From Bryobacterales bacterium (lineage in GTDB: Bacteria > Acidobacteriota > Terriglobia > Bryobacterales > UBA6623): DNA of 64,000 nucleotides. Shown piece after piece: positions 9,665-20,001 of this stretch (position 1 is the stretch's first letter; every line of letters begins with the position of its first letter). The stretch is taken from contig OZ242259.1 of NCBI GenBank assembly GCA_965207035.1, positions 586,111-650,110 of the forward strand, written 5' to 3'. Position numbers and translations under genes: made by a program. The notes beneath the pieces were generated by a model that had not been told where the DNA came from, searched no databases, and saw only the letters and a list, made by a program, of their open reading frames with translations.

Positions 9665-10046
9665 TCAGGCGGGCCGGACGCCCTGTAAGCCGGTTTCTGT
9701 ACCCGTCCGGAAACGGGTGGCAGCCATTCATCTCGAACGCTTGTTGCCAAACGCCTCTAGCGACCTACCCGGGACTCAGGCGCGACGGGCAGCCGCGTCG
9801 TCCCCTATTTGGTCTTGCTCCGCGTGGGGTTTACCCTGCCGTCGCGGTTGCCCGCGACGCGGTGCGCTCTTACCGCACCATTTCACCCTTGCCCCGGAGT
9901 CCGGGGCGGTATGTTTTCTGTGGCACTTTCCGTCGACGCCCCCTTGCGAGAACGCCTCCCGGCCGTTAACCGGCACGCTGCCCTGCGGAGACCGGACTTT
10001 CCTCCGTGCCCGAAGGCACCGCGACTGCCCGGACGACCGACCCTCC
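9658..10046 (-). ncRNA. rnpB: RNase P RNA, bacterial type A
   Basis: The minus strand carries GGAGGAAAGUCCGG (reverse complement of 9990-10003), GGGUGAAAUGGUGCGGUAAGAGCGCACC, CCAAAUAGGGG and AGAUGAAUGGCUGCCAC...ACAGAAACCGGCUUA. These are colinear with E. coli rnpB conserved regions. The ends are estimated from P1 pairing and are good to about 10 nt. Confidence 0.9.
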
Positions 10047-10096
10047 TACCAAGTATAGGGCCCTAGCAGGATGAGAGGACCGCTCCGCGATGGACG

Positions 10097-11563
10097 TCAG
10101 GCAAGAATCGGCGTCACGACCTTCGCTGGCTCCACGCCTGTGAGCTTCGCATCCAAGCCCTGATGGCGGTATGTGAACCGCTCGTGGTCGATTCCGAACA
10201 AGTGCAACAGTGTTGCTTGGTAGTCGCGGATGTGGACGGGGTCCTTGACGATGTTGTAGGAGAATTCGTCGGTCTCACCATAGACCGTGCCTCCCTTGAT
10301 CCCGGCTCCCGCCATCCAGAGGCTGTAGCACCGTGGGTGGTGGTCTCGACCGTAGTCGGTTGGCGTCAGTTCGCCTTGGGAGTAGATGGTCCGTCCAAAC
10401 TCGCCGCCCCAGATGACCAACGTGTCATCGAACAAGCCCCGCTCCTTGAGGTCCTGGATCAGAGCCCAGGCCCCGCGGTCGGCCTCGCGGGCCTGTGCGG
10501 GGAGCACGAGAGGGAGGTTTCCGTGAACGTCCCAGCCGCGATGGTAGATCTGCACGAAGCGCACGCCGCGCTCGACCAGCCTCCGGGCCATGAGCGCGGC
10601 ATTCTGGAACTTGCCCGGCTCACGCGCTTCTTCCCCCCAGCGCTTCCATGTGCTCTCGGGCTCCGAGGAGAGGTCGCTCAGTTCAGGAACCGAGGTCTGC
10701 ATGCGGAAGGCCATCTCGTATTGCTCGATCCGCGCCAGCGTCTCGGGGTCGCCGATCCGCTCGTGGTTGATCTGATTCAGCTCCGCCAGACCGTCCAGCA
10801 TCCGCCTTCGGACGGTCGGGGTCACCCCCGCGGGATTCTTCACGTAAAGGACAGGGTCGTTGCCGGCTCGCAGCCCTACCCCGGCGAATTCGGGAGAGAG
10901 AAAACCCGCACTCCACAGCTTTGCGGAGATGGCCTGCTGGCCCGCTTTCGGATGGCTACGTTCTGCGTTCATGACGACAAACGTCGGCAGGTCCCGGTTC
11001 AGACTGCCCAGGCCATAGGAAATCCAGGAACCAATGCACGGCCGGCCGGCCACTTCGCGCCCCGTTTGGATGAATGTGATCGCCGGCTCGTGGTTGATGG
11101 CGTCTGTGTTCATCGAGCGAATGATGCAGATGTCGTCTGCCATGCTGGCCGTCAGTGGTAGCAACTCGGAAATCCAAGCCCCGCTCTGACCGTGCTGCGA
11201 GAACTCGAAGATCGACGGGGCTATGGGGAATCGCGCTTGTCCGGAAGTCATCGTGGTCAGCCGTTGGCCTTGGCGAATGGACTCCGGCAGATCCTTGTCG
11301 TACCAGTCCTTCATCGCGGGCTTGTAGTCCAGCAGGTCCATCTGTGGTGGCGCCCCCATCGTGTGCAGATAGATGCAGCGCTTTGCTTTCGGAGCGAAGT
11401 GCGGCAGTTCCGGCAGCCCTCCGCTCCTAACCTCTGTCGACTTAGACCCGCGGGCCTCGTCCGCTAGCAGGCTGGCAAGCGCGATGCCTCCAATGCCTTT
11501 CGCTTGCCGGGCGAAGAACTGCCGGCGGGTCTCGGTCTTGATCACATGTTCCACTGGGCTCAT
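10097..11563 (-). CDS. DUF1501 domain protein (sulfatase-fold, Tat-exported)
   Basis: Tat signal TRRQFFARQAKGIGGIALASLLA and DUF1501-type length and composition. It lies directly downstream of a PSCyt/DUF1553 gene, which is the canonical pair. The ORF extends to 11599; the ATG at 11563 is preferred. Confidence 0.75.
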   Translation of the reverse strand: MSPVEHVIKTETRRQFFARQAKGIGGIALASLLADEARGSKSTEVRSGGLPELPHFAPKAKRCIYLHTMGAPPQMDLLDYKPAMKDWYDKDLPESIRQGQRLTTMTSGQARFPIAPSIFEFSQHGQSGAWISELLPLTASMADDICIIRSMNTDAINHEPAITFIQTGREVAGRPCIGSWISYGLGSLNRDLPTFVVMNAERSHPKAGQQAISAKLWSAGFLSPEFAGVGLRAGNDPVLYVKNPAGVTPTVRRRMLDGLAELNQINHERIGDPETLARIEQYEMAFRMQTSVPELSDLSSEPESTWKRWGEEAREPGKFQNAALMARRLVERGVRFVQIYHRGWDVHGNLPLVLPAQAREADRGAWALIQDLKERGLFDDTLVIWGGEFGRTIYSQGELTPTDYGRDHHPRCYSLWMAGAGIKGGTVYGETDEFSYNIVKDPVHIRDYQATLLHLFGIDHERFTYRHQGLDAKLTGVEPAKVVTPILA

Positions 11564-11612
11564 CGTCTGTGTCTCCGTAGCGTCCTGCAGCCCGCGCAAT
11601 GTCGATAGGCGG

Positions 11613-14600
11613 TCACTTGTTGAGGGCCTCGTCCAAGTTCATGAGTTGGTTAGCCATCATGGTCCAAGCTGCTAGCGAGGTTCGAGGCAGCGACGAATCG
11701 ATAGGGTACTCGCCCGTGTCCAGGAGACGGTCCGCCGCGTCTTTGTCGGACTGGTAGTACCCCACGAACTCATCGAAACTTTGCTTCGCCACAGCCTGTT
11801 CCCCGGCGTCCAACTCGCGCGACAGCAGGCGTGTCGTCATGAAGCCAAGGCGCTCGGGGAAACCCGGCTCCGCCTGTTTCATCGCCGCTTGCGCCAGATA
11901 CCGGGACGCCTCCACAAACTGGGGGTCGTTCATAGTCACCAGCGCCTGCAACGGGGTGTTCGTACGTTCGCGTCGTACGGTGGCGTGTTCGCGAGTCGGC
12001 GCGTTGAAGATCTGCATGGAAGCCGGCGGGGCGGCACGTTTCCAAAACGTGTACAGACTCCGCCGGTAAAGCTTCTCACCCTCGTCTCGTTCGTAGAAGC
12101 GAGTGTTGCTTCCAAGCATCGCGACGGATTCCCAGACCCCGTCCGGCTGGTAGGGCTTGACGCTCGGACCGCCGATCCGCTCCACGAGAATGCCACTAGC
12201 GGCCAGTCCGAAGTCGCGAAGCATTTCGGCGTCCATGCGGAAGCGCGGCCCCCTGGACAGCATGCGGTTCTCGGGGTCCTTGGCAATCTTCGTACTGTCG
12301 GCCTGTGAGGACTGGCGGTAGGTCGAGGAAGAGAGGATCGTTCGGAGCAGAGCCTTCACATCCCAGTTTCGCTCCCGAAACTCGGCTGCCAGCCAATCCA
12401 AGAGCTTCGGATGCGAAGGCAACTCACCCTGGGCTCCGAAATCGTCGCTCGTCCGCACCAGCCCGGTGCCGAACAGTTGCTGCCAGAATCGATTCACGGT
12501 TACGCGGGCTGTCAGCGGATTCGCCTCGCTTACGAGCCATTTCGCCAGATGCAACCGGTTGACGACACCGTCGTCTCCCAACGACGGCAGGAATCCAGGA
12601 GTCGCCGCTGGGATCTCCTCCCGGCGCTGGTCGTACATTCCTCGGAACAGGATGTGAGCGGTCGGCTTGCTGCCTTCCTTCTCTTGCATCACGTGCGTTA
12701 CCGCACCTCTGCGGCGGATCTCTCGAATCGATCGCTCCGAGCGTTTGGCCTCCAGGAATCCGGCGCGGTAGCGTTGGTCGTGCACATTCAGGTAGTGCAG
12801 GCCCAGGACTCGCTTCTCGTCCTCGCGCAACTCAGCCGGAGCCTTGGAGCGGGCAAGCTCCAGCGCCGGCCAGTTCGCCACGACATTGGCTTCCTCCACG
12901 CTCAGCTCGCGGTTGTACAAACGAAAATCGGCGATGCCGCCGCCGGCCAGATCGCGGTTCTTGATCTCTTCGTCGTCCTTGTAGAAGCCCCGTCCCAGCA
13001 GCACAGGGCGGTCCGGGGCGAGGTCCCCTTCCAGCCTTGCGAAGTGCTCGCTGCCCTGGAACGGCATGCGTTCGCCGTTGTAGTAGATGCTCAAGCCTGC
13101 CCTCTCGCCCGAACCGTCGTACGTCACCGTGACATGCCGCCAAGAGCCCGGCTCGAGCTGGTATTGGTTGTTGGGCCGGATCTCGATGTTCGACGCCTTG
13201 TCGTCGTGGGTGGCGGTCATCTTGAATGTGATTTGACGTCCACCTAGAGTCACGACCCATCCGCGCATCTTGTTCTCGGGGTCCGTCTGGCTTGCTACGA
13301 CATAGTTGCCTGCTTCGTCGGGATGTCGTACCCAGAATGCCAGCGAGAAGGGCTTGCTCCCGTCTATCTCCCATGGCGGGAACTCCAGAAAACCGTCCTC
13401 TTCGAAGGTCAATGCACCGATGTTCTCGGCAGGTCCCTCCGATGCGTCCACTCCTGCCGACAGCGCGAGCGGGACGCTGCGGCCGTCTTGGACGACGGCT
13501 TCAGTGCCCACCTGGAGTGGCGCATCAGCAGTCTGCAATGGACTCTCCAAGCTGCCGTAGCTGCGCCTGGCTAGCCACTTGTCAAACTTTGGCCCCGGCG
13601 CGGCTGCGGCTTCGGCCAGTTGCGCGCGAGTTTCGCGAAGCGACTCTCGGAGGTTGTTGTAGCGTTCCCGGTCTTCATCTCGCGGCACGATGATGTAGGG
13701 AGGCACGTCCGAGATGTTGCCGTCCATGACGTACTGGGTCGTGTTCCGGAAGAACGCGGTCATGGCGTAGAAGTCGCGTTGCGTGATGGGGTCGAACTTG
13801 TGGTCGTGGCAGGTCGCGCAACCGACTGTGAGGCCCAAGAACACCGTGCCGGTGGTGTCGGCTCGATCCTTGGCGTAGATCACCTCGTACTCTTCCGGAA
13901 TGACGCCGCCCTCGTTCGTCGTTGCGTTGCAGCGGTGAAAGCCGGAGGCGACGAGCTGGTCTAGGGACGGGTCTGGAAGCAAGTCTCCAGCGACCTGTTC
14001 CAATGTGAATTGATCGAATGGCAGGTTGTGATTGAAAGCGTTGATGACCCAGTCCCGGTATGGCCACATCTCCCGGTAGTTGTCAATGTGGATGCCGTGT
14101 GTGTCTGCGTATCTCGCCGCGTCAAGCCAGTACCGGGCGCGATGCTCTCCGTACGCCTCGGAGGAGAACAGGCGATCAAGGTAGCGCTGGTAGGCGCCGG
14201 GCTCGTTGTCATTGAGGAACGATGCGAGCCCTTCGGGCTTAGGAGGCAGGCCCGTGACGTCAAGCGCCGCGCGACGCGCGAGCACGCGCCGGTCTGCTTC
14301 CGGAGCGGGTGCGATTTCGTTTTCTTCAAGCCGGGCCAGCACGAAACGATCGATGGGATTCCGCGCCCACCCCTCGTCCGTCACCGCGGGCAGGGAGGGG
14401 CGCTTCGGGATCTCGAACGCCCAGTGGCCGGACCAATCAGCCCCTTGCTCGATCCAGTCGCGAATTGTTTGAATTTGCTCCGGTTCCAGGCTCTTGTGCG
14501 AGTACTCGGGAGGCATGCGCAAAGCCGGCTCCGCGTGCGTGATCCGCTGGTACAGCAGGCTTACCGCGGGATCGCCCGGCACGACCGGTGCGCCGTTCGC

Positions 14601-14798
14601 CCGCTTACCGAACAAGCCTTCCTTCCTGTCGAGGCGCAACTCCACCATGCGCGTGGACGGGTCGGGCCCATGGCATTGAAAGCACTTGTCAGCGAGAAGG
14701 GGCCGAACGTCGGCTTGGAATCCCACGGCTGCCGAGACCTGAGGGAGCGCCGCCATGGCCACAAGCAGCCCCGAAACACGATCCCAGCGAACTGTCAT
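11613..14798 (-). CDS. PSCyt1/PSCyt2(DUF1549)/PSD1(DUF1553) protein with internal LamG-like domain
   Basis: Signal peptide, then the planctomycete-type cytochrome motif CFQCHGPD. A central concanavalin/LamG-like block runs from PFSLAFWVRHPDEAG to WRHVTVTYDG. The DUF1553-type C-terminus is long, giving 1061 aa in total. Confidence 0.75.
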   Translation of the reverse strand: MTVRWDRVSGLLVAMAALPQVSAAVGFQADVRPLLADKCFQCHGPDPSTRMVELRLDRKEGLFGKRANGAPVVPGDPAVSLLYQRITHAEPALRMPPEYSHKSLEPEQIQTIRDWIEQGADWSGHWAFEIPKRPSLPAVTDEGWARNPIDRFVLARLEENEIAPAPEADRRVLARRAALDVTGLPPKPEGLASFLNDNEPGAYQRYLDRLFSSEAYGEHRARYWLDAARYADTHGIHIDNYREMWPYRDWVINAFNHNLPFDQFTLEQVAGDLLPDPSLDQLVASGFHRCNATTNEGGVIPEEYEVIYAKDRADTTGTVFLGLTVGCATCHDHKFDPITQRDFYAMTAFFRNTTQYVMDGNISDVPPYIIVPRDEDRERYNNLRESLRETRAQLAEAAAAPGPKFDKWLARRSYGSLESPLQTADAPLQVGTEAVVQDGRSVPLALSAGVDASEGPAENIGALTFEEDGFLEFPPWEIDGSKPFSLAFWVRHPDEAGNYVVASQTDPENKMRGWVVTLGGRQITFKMTATHDDKASNIEIRPNNQYQLEPGSWRHVTVTYDGSGERAGLSIYYNGERMPFQGSEHFARLEGDLAPDRPVLLGRGFYKDDEEIKNRDLAGGGIADFRLYNRELSVEEANVVANWPALELARSKAPAELREDEKRVLGLHYLNVHDQRYRAGFLEAKRSERSIREIRRRGAVTHVMQEKEGSKPTAHILFRGMYDQRREEIPAATPGFLPSLGDDGVVNRLHLAKWLVSEANPLTARVTVNRFWQQLFGTGLVRTSDDFGAQGELPSHPKLLDWLAAEFRERNWDVKALLRTILSSSTYRQSSQADSTKIAKDPENRMLSRGPRFRMDAEMLRDFGLAASGILVERIGGPSVKPYQPDGVWESVAMLGSNTRFYERDEGEKLYRRSLYTFWKRAAPPASMQIFNAPTREHATVRRERTNTPLQALVTMNDPQFVEASRYLAQAAMKQAEPGFPERLGFMTTRLLSRELDAGEQAVAKQSFDEFVGYYQSDKDAADRLLDTGEYPIDSSLPRTSLAAWTMMANQLMNLDEALNK

Positions 14799-14957
14799 TC
14801 AGCCACATTATATATGCCTACAAGGTCCAGCCTCGCCGTGATTGGACCGCGGCGGCGCATGATCGCGGTCCCCACCCATGTCAGGGAGCCGCTATCGCGT
14901 GAAGCGGAGGCTCCGCGGTCAGTCAATGCCTGTTTGCGCTCGCTAGAATCGAATGCA

Positions 14958-17942
14958 GTGGCATTGTTGCGGTCATTCCCCATTGCACTTGTTCTGCTGT
15001 TGACGGCGTGCAGCGTTTCACCTCCACCCGCAGGAGACGATTTCGAAGTTGTCGAAGGGCTCGAGATGACGCTTTGGGCGAGCGAGCCGCTGCTTGTAAA
15101 TCCGACCAATTTCGACATCGACGAGCGCGGCCGCGTGTGGTTCATCGAATCGGTGAACTACCGCAGCGATCTGAAGAGCAAGCCCAAGAATGATCTCGCC
15201 GGCGACCGCATCGTCATCCTCGAAGACACCGACGGAGACGGACAGGCGGATCACCGCAAGGTCTTCGACCAGCATCAGGAAATGCTCGCTCCCCTGGGCA
15301 TCTCAGTTCTGGGCAACAAGGTCGTTGTTTCCCAGTCTCCGGACCTGTTTGTGTACACGAAGGACGAGGACGACCGGATTGTTTCGAAGGAAACCCTGCT
15401 CACCGGCTGGTCCGGTGTCGACCACGATCACGGGCTGCACGTGGTGCTGTTCGGTCACGACGGGCGCTACTACTTCAATTCCGGGGACCAGGGCTTTGAC
15501 ATAACCGACCGGTCTGGGCGAGTCTTTCGCAGCAGTCCCGACGGACCGTATTACGCAGCGACGGTGCAGACGGTGAAGCCCGACGGCACTGATTTTCGCG
15601 TGTTGGCCCACAACGCCCGCAATCCCTACGAGATCGCCCTGGATTCCTTCGGTTCGATCTGGCAGACCGACAACGACGATGACGGTAATCAGTGGACGCG
15701 ACTGCTGTACGTGATGGAAGGCGCGGATTTCGGGTATTGGGGACCAGGAGGCAGGCGGTGGCGCGTGGACAAGGGCACTCACTTCCACGAGGAGCGGCCG
15801 GGAACCGTTCCGTACGTGGCACGCACGGGTCCGGGCTCTCCTACGGGGCTGGTCCTCTACGAAGGCGAGCTGCTACCAGCCAAGTATAGGAACCAGTTGT
15901 TGCATTCTGAGCCGGGCAAGCGCCTGATCCAGACTTTCATCATCCGGCCGGATGGAGCGGGATTCGCGATGAAGGCCGAGACCACGGTCGCTTCGACGGA
16001 TCCAATCTTCCGGCCTAGCGACCTCGCCGTTGCGCCCGACGGCGCGGTGTTCATTGCCGATTGGCAGGATCTCGTGGTCGGAGGTCACAACATGCTGGAC
16101 ATCGAGAGAGGCCGGATCTTCCGTCTCGCACCGATAGGGCACAAGTCCACGGTTCCACCTCTCGACCTGGAGAGCGAAGCTGGAGTGCTCGCCGCGTTCG
16201 GATCGCCGAACCAGGCCACGCGCTATCGCGCTTACCAGGAATTGCTGCTGCGTAACGACCAGGAGCGGGCGGCAATATTGTTGCGTGCCTGGCGTGGCGG
16301 AAGCGAAGTCTTGAGAGCCCGCGCCCTTTGGATGCTTGCGGGACTGAGTGCCGATGGGAAAGCAGCGCTCGAGGAGGCCCTCGGCTCAGACGACCCCCGA
16401 TTCCGAATCCTGGCCCTCCGGGTATCACGGCTGCTCGACTCCAGTTCTGTGGACGCACTCGGAGCGTTGGCTGCCGATCCCGACCCGCAAGTCCGGCGCG
16501 AAGTCGCTCTGGTTCTCCGCGACGTACCCGCCGAGTCAAAGATTGGCTTATGGCTGCAGTTGGCCGATGGATATGACGGTGCGGATCGTTGGTACCTCGC
16601 TGCGCTGCGAATCGGGGCGTTCGGTGCGGAAGATGCCATCTTCGCGGCCTTGCGCCAGCGGCATGCCGACTGGGACCCGCTGATCGCGGACTTGTACTGG
16701 GTGTTGCAAGCCCCGGCCTCGGGTGGGTATTTGTCGCGTGTTGTCGGAGACGATTCGAGACCTGTGGAGCAGCGCTTGCAGGCCCTGGATGCGCTCGGTT
16801 GGCTATCCGCGCCACGAGTTGCCCGCACTGTCGCGGCGATCGCCGCGAATCAAGCGGCGCCTTTGGAACTCAGGAACCGCAGCCTTTATTTCCTGACCAA
16901 GCAGCTCTACAGCGATTGGAGTGAAGTTCGGACGAGTCCGGCCGTGTTGGCAGCGATTGCTCACGGGCTTGAAGAGGATGGTACGCGATCACAAGCTCTT
17001 GAATTGGCGGCGTTATTGCCGGATACAGCGCTCGCCGACTCGCTGGGCCGGCTTGCAGCCGACGAATCCGCGGGAGAGGACGACAGGGGCACGGCCCTTC
17101 GGGTGCTGGGGAGAATCGGGGGAAATGCTGTTGCAAGTCTGCTTCGGAAGCAGTTGTCCCGGGGGCCGCTCGCATTGCGAATCGCGGCTGTAGACGGTCT
17201 CGGCGCGGCGGCCCCCGAAGACCTTAGCGAACTGCTCGTCGGCACGATCATTTCCGATTCCCCCAATGAAGTTCGCAGCGCGGCATTGGGGGTTCTAGGC
17301 CGGGGACCGGCGGGCATGCACTTGATTCTGGACATGGAGGAGTCGCAGAACCTGCCGGCAGAAATGCGCACGCTGGCTTCGGGGATTGTCAACTCTTCGC
17401 GCGACGCGACAGTCCGCGAGCGCGCCGGGAGACTTCTCCCGCCGCCGAAGAGCCGCAACGAGAGGCCGGTGATTCGTCCGCGCGAAATCATTGAGGCCGT
17501 CGGGAGCGCCAGTCGGGGGCGTGAAGTGTATCACCGCACGGACGGTGCAAACTGCGTCAAGTGCCATTCGCTGACGGCAGGCGAGGAACGAGTTGGACCC
17601 AGCTTGGCGGCGATCGGCTTGAAATACGGAAAGGCAGGGATGCTGAATGAAATCGTCTATCCCAGCGCAGGGATCGCACCTGAGTACCGGTCGTGGATCT
17701 TGGATACAGGCAGCCATGGTTTGATCACCGGGCTTCTCGTGGAAGACACGGCGGATCGAGTGGTGGTAAGGACTGAGAACGCTGACGAAATCCAACTGGC
17801 TCCGGAGGACATTTTCGAGCGACGTCAAGCCAATCTGTCGATCATGCCGGAAGATCTGGTTGGGGCAATGACGACGCAGGAACTCATCGATCTCCTGGAA
17901 TTCCTATCGACATTGCGGGCGGATTTGGACGGTTCCGGATAG
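14958..17942 (+). CDS. PVC-type heme-binding protein: membrane-bound dehydrogenase-like beta-propeller + HEAT repeats + C-terminal cytochrome c
   Basis: GTG 14958 gives MALLRSFPIALVLLLTAC, a lipobox (LTAC). The N-domain LWASEPLLVNPTNFDIDERGRVWFIES is followed by HEAT-like repeats. The C-terminus has a CVKCHS heme motif. The track ORF start at 14010 overlaps the opposite-strand gene and is rejected; the ATG at 14859 is an alternative. Confidence 0.7.
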   Translation: MALLRSFPIALVLLLTACSVSPPPAGDDFEVVEGLEMTLWASEPLLVNPTNFDIDERGRVWFIESVNYRSDLKSKPKNDLAGDRIVILEDTDGDGQADHRKVFDQHQEMLAPLGISVLGNKVVVSQSPDLFVYTKDEDDRIVSKETLLTGWSGVDHDHGLHVVLFGHDGRYYFNSGDQGFDITDRSGRVFRSSPDGPYYAATVQTVKPDGTDFRVLAHNARNPYEIALDSFGSIWQTDNDDDGNQWTRLLYVMEGADFGYWGPGGRRWRVDKGTHFHEERPGTVPYVARTGPGSPTGLVLYEGELLPAKYRNQLLHSEPGKRLIQTFIIRPDGAGFAMKAETTVASTDPIFRPSDLAVAPDGAVFIADWQDLVVGGHNMLDIERGRIFRLAPIGHKSTVPPLDLESEAGVLAAFGSPNQATRYRAYQELLLRNDQERAAILLRAWRGGSEVLRARALWMLAGLSADGKAALEEALGSDDPRFRILALRVSRLLDSSSVDALGALAADPDPQVRREVALVLRDVPAESKIGLWLQLADGYDGADRWYLAALRIGAFGAEDAIFAALRQRHADWDPLIADLYWVLQAPASGGYLSRVVGDDSRPVEQRLQALDALGWLSAPRVARTVAAIAANQAAPLELRNRSLYFLTKQLYSDWSEVRTSPAVLAAIAHGLEEDGTRSQALELAALLPDTALADSLGRLAADESAGEDDRGTALRVLGRIGGNAVASLLRKQLSRGPLALRIAAVDGLGAAAPEDLSELLVGTIISDSPNEVRSAALGVLGRGPAGMHLILDMEESQNLPAEMRTLASGIVNSSRDATVRERAGRLLPPPKSRNERPVIRPREIIEAVGSASRGREVYHRTDGANCVKCHSLTAGEERVGPSLAAIGLKYGKAGMLNEIVYPSAGIAPEYRSWILDTGSHGLITGLLVEDTADRVVVRTENADEIQLAPEDIFERRQANLSIMPEDLVGAMTTQELIDLLEFLSTLRADLDGSG

Positions 17943-18415
17943 CCGGAGGGATCTCCGGTGCGTGCGTCCCGTGTGCGGAGTGCGAATTCGTGTCCTCCAG
18001 CCGCCGTATTCGGTGAGATCGCTCTCGTCACTCGAATAAGCCGTCGCGCGGACCAACCGGCACGGTGAGTCAAGGGGCCTCATTCTGATCTCATGCTGAT
18101 TGCGACCTTTCAATCGGGTGTGTCAGCCGTACCAGCAAATGGCTGGCAACCAAGATCCAGTGGGTCCTTGGTCGGGGCTGAACGCCACTGCGAATGAAGC
18201 CGCGCCCGATGGGCCCCAACGCACATCGAGTTGGGTTCGCTTCGCCGACGGGTTTCCGTGGTGCCCATGGTACCTGCGAGCCCGGTGCGAGGTCGATCGC
18301 GGATAGTTGTGCTGCTACGGTGCGTTCCGACGGAGGGGGGATCGCACTACATTGGGCTCTGAGCCCGGAGCACCCAGATTTCGGCCCTAGCCAGTTGTGT
18401 GGCTCTTGAGACACA

Positions 18416-19033
18416 ATGACTCCTACGGATTTGTCTTGGATACGCCAGTTGGGTCAATGGATCGCGGGAGCGGCGGCGTTCCTGGGGCCGTGGGGCGTCT
18501 TCGTCATTGCCTTCTCTGACAGCGCGTTCATCCCGATGCCCCAGGGAGTGGACGCATTGCTGTTGGCACAGGCGATTGCCAGTCCCGAGATCGCGTACCT
18601 TGCCGCTGGTCTGGGAGCGCTCGGATCCGTGGTTGGCAGTACCGTGCTGTACTTTCTTGCCCGAGGCGCGGGGCAGGGGCTCTTGCTCAAGCGGCTCTCT
18701 TCGAACGGAATCAACCGGCTCAGCCGGCTCATGGGCAGGTGGGGCGCCGCGCTGTTGATTCCAGTGACCATGATTCCCCTTCCCATGCCGATGAAGCCGG
18801 TGGTTCTGGCTGCGGGCATCTTTCGAATGCCGCTAGTCTCGTTCTGGAGCGCGATCAGCTTCTCGCGGCTGGTCCGCTACTTCGGGATAGCCTTTCTCGG
18901 CATGCAGTATGGCGATCGAGGGCTAGCACTGGCCTTGGAGAACATGCACCTGGCGTTGCTCGGCTGCGGTTGCTTCGTCGCGCTGTTCATTTCAGTGCAC
19001 CGATTCTCCACCCGATGGCTGAACCGTGGGTAG
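18416..19033 (+). CDS. DedA/YqaA-family membrane protein
   Basis: It has about 4-5 TM helices, and FSDSAFIPMPQGVDALLL is typical of the YqaA/SNARE-associated family. Confidence 0.6.
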   Translation: MTPTDLSWIRQLGQWIAGAAAFLGPWGVFVIAFSDSAFIPMPQGVDALLLAQAIASPEIAYLAAGLGALGSVVGSTVLYFLARGAGQGLLLKRLSSNGINRLSRLMGRWGAALLIPVTMIPLPMPMKPVVLAAGIFRMPLVSFWSAISFSRLVRYFGIAFLGMQYGDRGLALALENMHLALLGCGCFVALFISVHRFSTRWLNRG

Positions 19034-19188
19034 CGAACGATGACAGGGTGGTGATGCTGTGCGCTCCACGACCGAGCCGCACTGACTCCACCCAGGGTCA
19101 ACGTGTGCAGTCCGAGCGTCTGCGGGCTGCGACGGAGACCTGGTCACCTTCTCGCTTGCCCAAGAGCACGCCTATTGTGAAGCGCGTG

Positions 19189-20001
19189 CTACGGGTTGGG
19201 TGGCAGACGGGGAACGTCGGACGGGATGGCGAAGATGCTGGCGCTCAATGGTCGGTTGGTTTCGTAGCTCTGGGCGTAGAGCTCGAATACCTTCTCCTCG
19301 TCGCGCTCCCTCCGGATCACCCAAGGGAGCAGGGAGTCGCCCACCGGCTTGTATCTCCCGAACACCGACTTCTCCTCGTACGGTATCTGTGTCTCGCGAT
19401 CTCGTCGCAGGTATCGCTGCTGGAGCGGCAAGCCGTCCGACTTCCTCAGGAAAAGCGTGATTGTCTCGCCCTCGTCGTCAACGATGTCTACCGCTTCGCT
19501 CGGCACGTTGTCGACTATCTCGGTGCCTTGGTAGTAGTAGTACAGCCCCGGTTCATCCAAGCGGTAGCGCATGAAGTAGAAGATGTCCCGTCGGCTCGCC
19601 TGCCGGTAGCGCTCCATGTAGTCCTCTGGTTGCGGGACCGCCCCTCGGTACGTGACCTCGTATCCCTGACCATTGAGGAACAGGGCGTAGTAGTCGCCCT
19701 TTCGCGTGTAGACTTCGCGCCGTTGCAGCGGGAGCCAGTCGTCGCCAGCGTCCGGGCGCATGTCTTCGAATCTGTCGTAAATCGTGATTTCGGCCTGCCC
19801 ACGGACTTGGCGGTTGTAGAACGAGTAGGCGCGGCCGGATCTCACCTGTGTCCGAATGTCGAGGAAGCTCTGGCCACCAATCGACTCGAATGCGTTGCGG
19901 ACGAGCCGCTCCCCCTTTTCCTGTCGCGTCTCCGCGTGTAGGGGGAGTGCATTCCAAGCAGCGGTTCCGCACGCGATTCCGAAGCTCCGTCGAGTGATCA
20001 T
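19189..20001 (-). CDS. hypothetical exported protein
   Basis: N-terminal signal MITRRSFGIACGTAAWNALPLHA and ordinary amino-acid composition. The overlapping 400-aa plus-strand ORF is Arg/Val-rich shadow. Confidence 0.55.
   Translation of the reverse strand: MITRRSFGIACGTAAWNALPLHAETRQEKGERLVRNAFESIGGQSFLDIRTQVRSGRAYSFYNRQVRGQAEITIYDRFEDMRPDAGDDWLPLQRREVYTRKGDYYALFLNGQGYEVTYRGAVPQPEDYMERYRQASRRDIFYFMRYRLDEPGLYYYYQGTEIVDNVPSEAVDIVDDEGETITLFLRKSDGLPLQQRYLRRDRETQIPYEEKSVFGRYKPVGDSLLPWVIRRERDEEKVFELYAQSYETNRPLSASIFAIPSDVPRLPPNP

Noticed and set aside
9501-10066. 185-, 137- and 85-aa plus-strand ORFs
   Set aside because: They lie entirely within the RNase P RNA gene on the opposite strand.
10163-11161. 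332-aa plus-strand ORF. The same reasoning applies to 12411-13247 (+), 47298-48395 (-), 59469-60761 (-), 52911-53522 (-) and 24482-25216 (-)
   Set aside because: All lie antisense to genes with strong family signatures (DUF1501, PSCyt, sulfatase, symporter, uvrA, dnaG). All are shadow ORFs.
14010-14957. N-terminal 316 codons of the 1310-aa track ORF
   Set aside because: This stretch overlaps the PSCyt gene on the other strand. The real protein begins with a lipoprotein signal at GTG 14958 (or ATG 14859).
18190-18215. B12-box-like GCCACTG suggesting a cobalamin riboswitch
   Set aside because: The surrounding conserved elements of the cobalamin riboswitch are not recognisable, and the downstream gene (DedA-like) is not a typical regulated target.
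18739-19941. 400-aa plus-strand ORF
   Set aside because: It is antisense to the well-formed exported protein at 19189-20001. It is Arg/Val/Leu-rich with no signal or motif, which is a typical high-GC shadow ORF.
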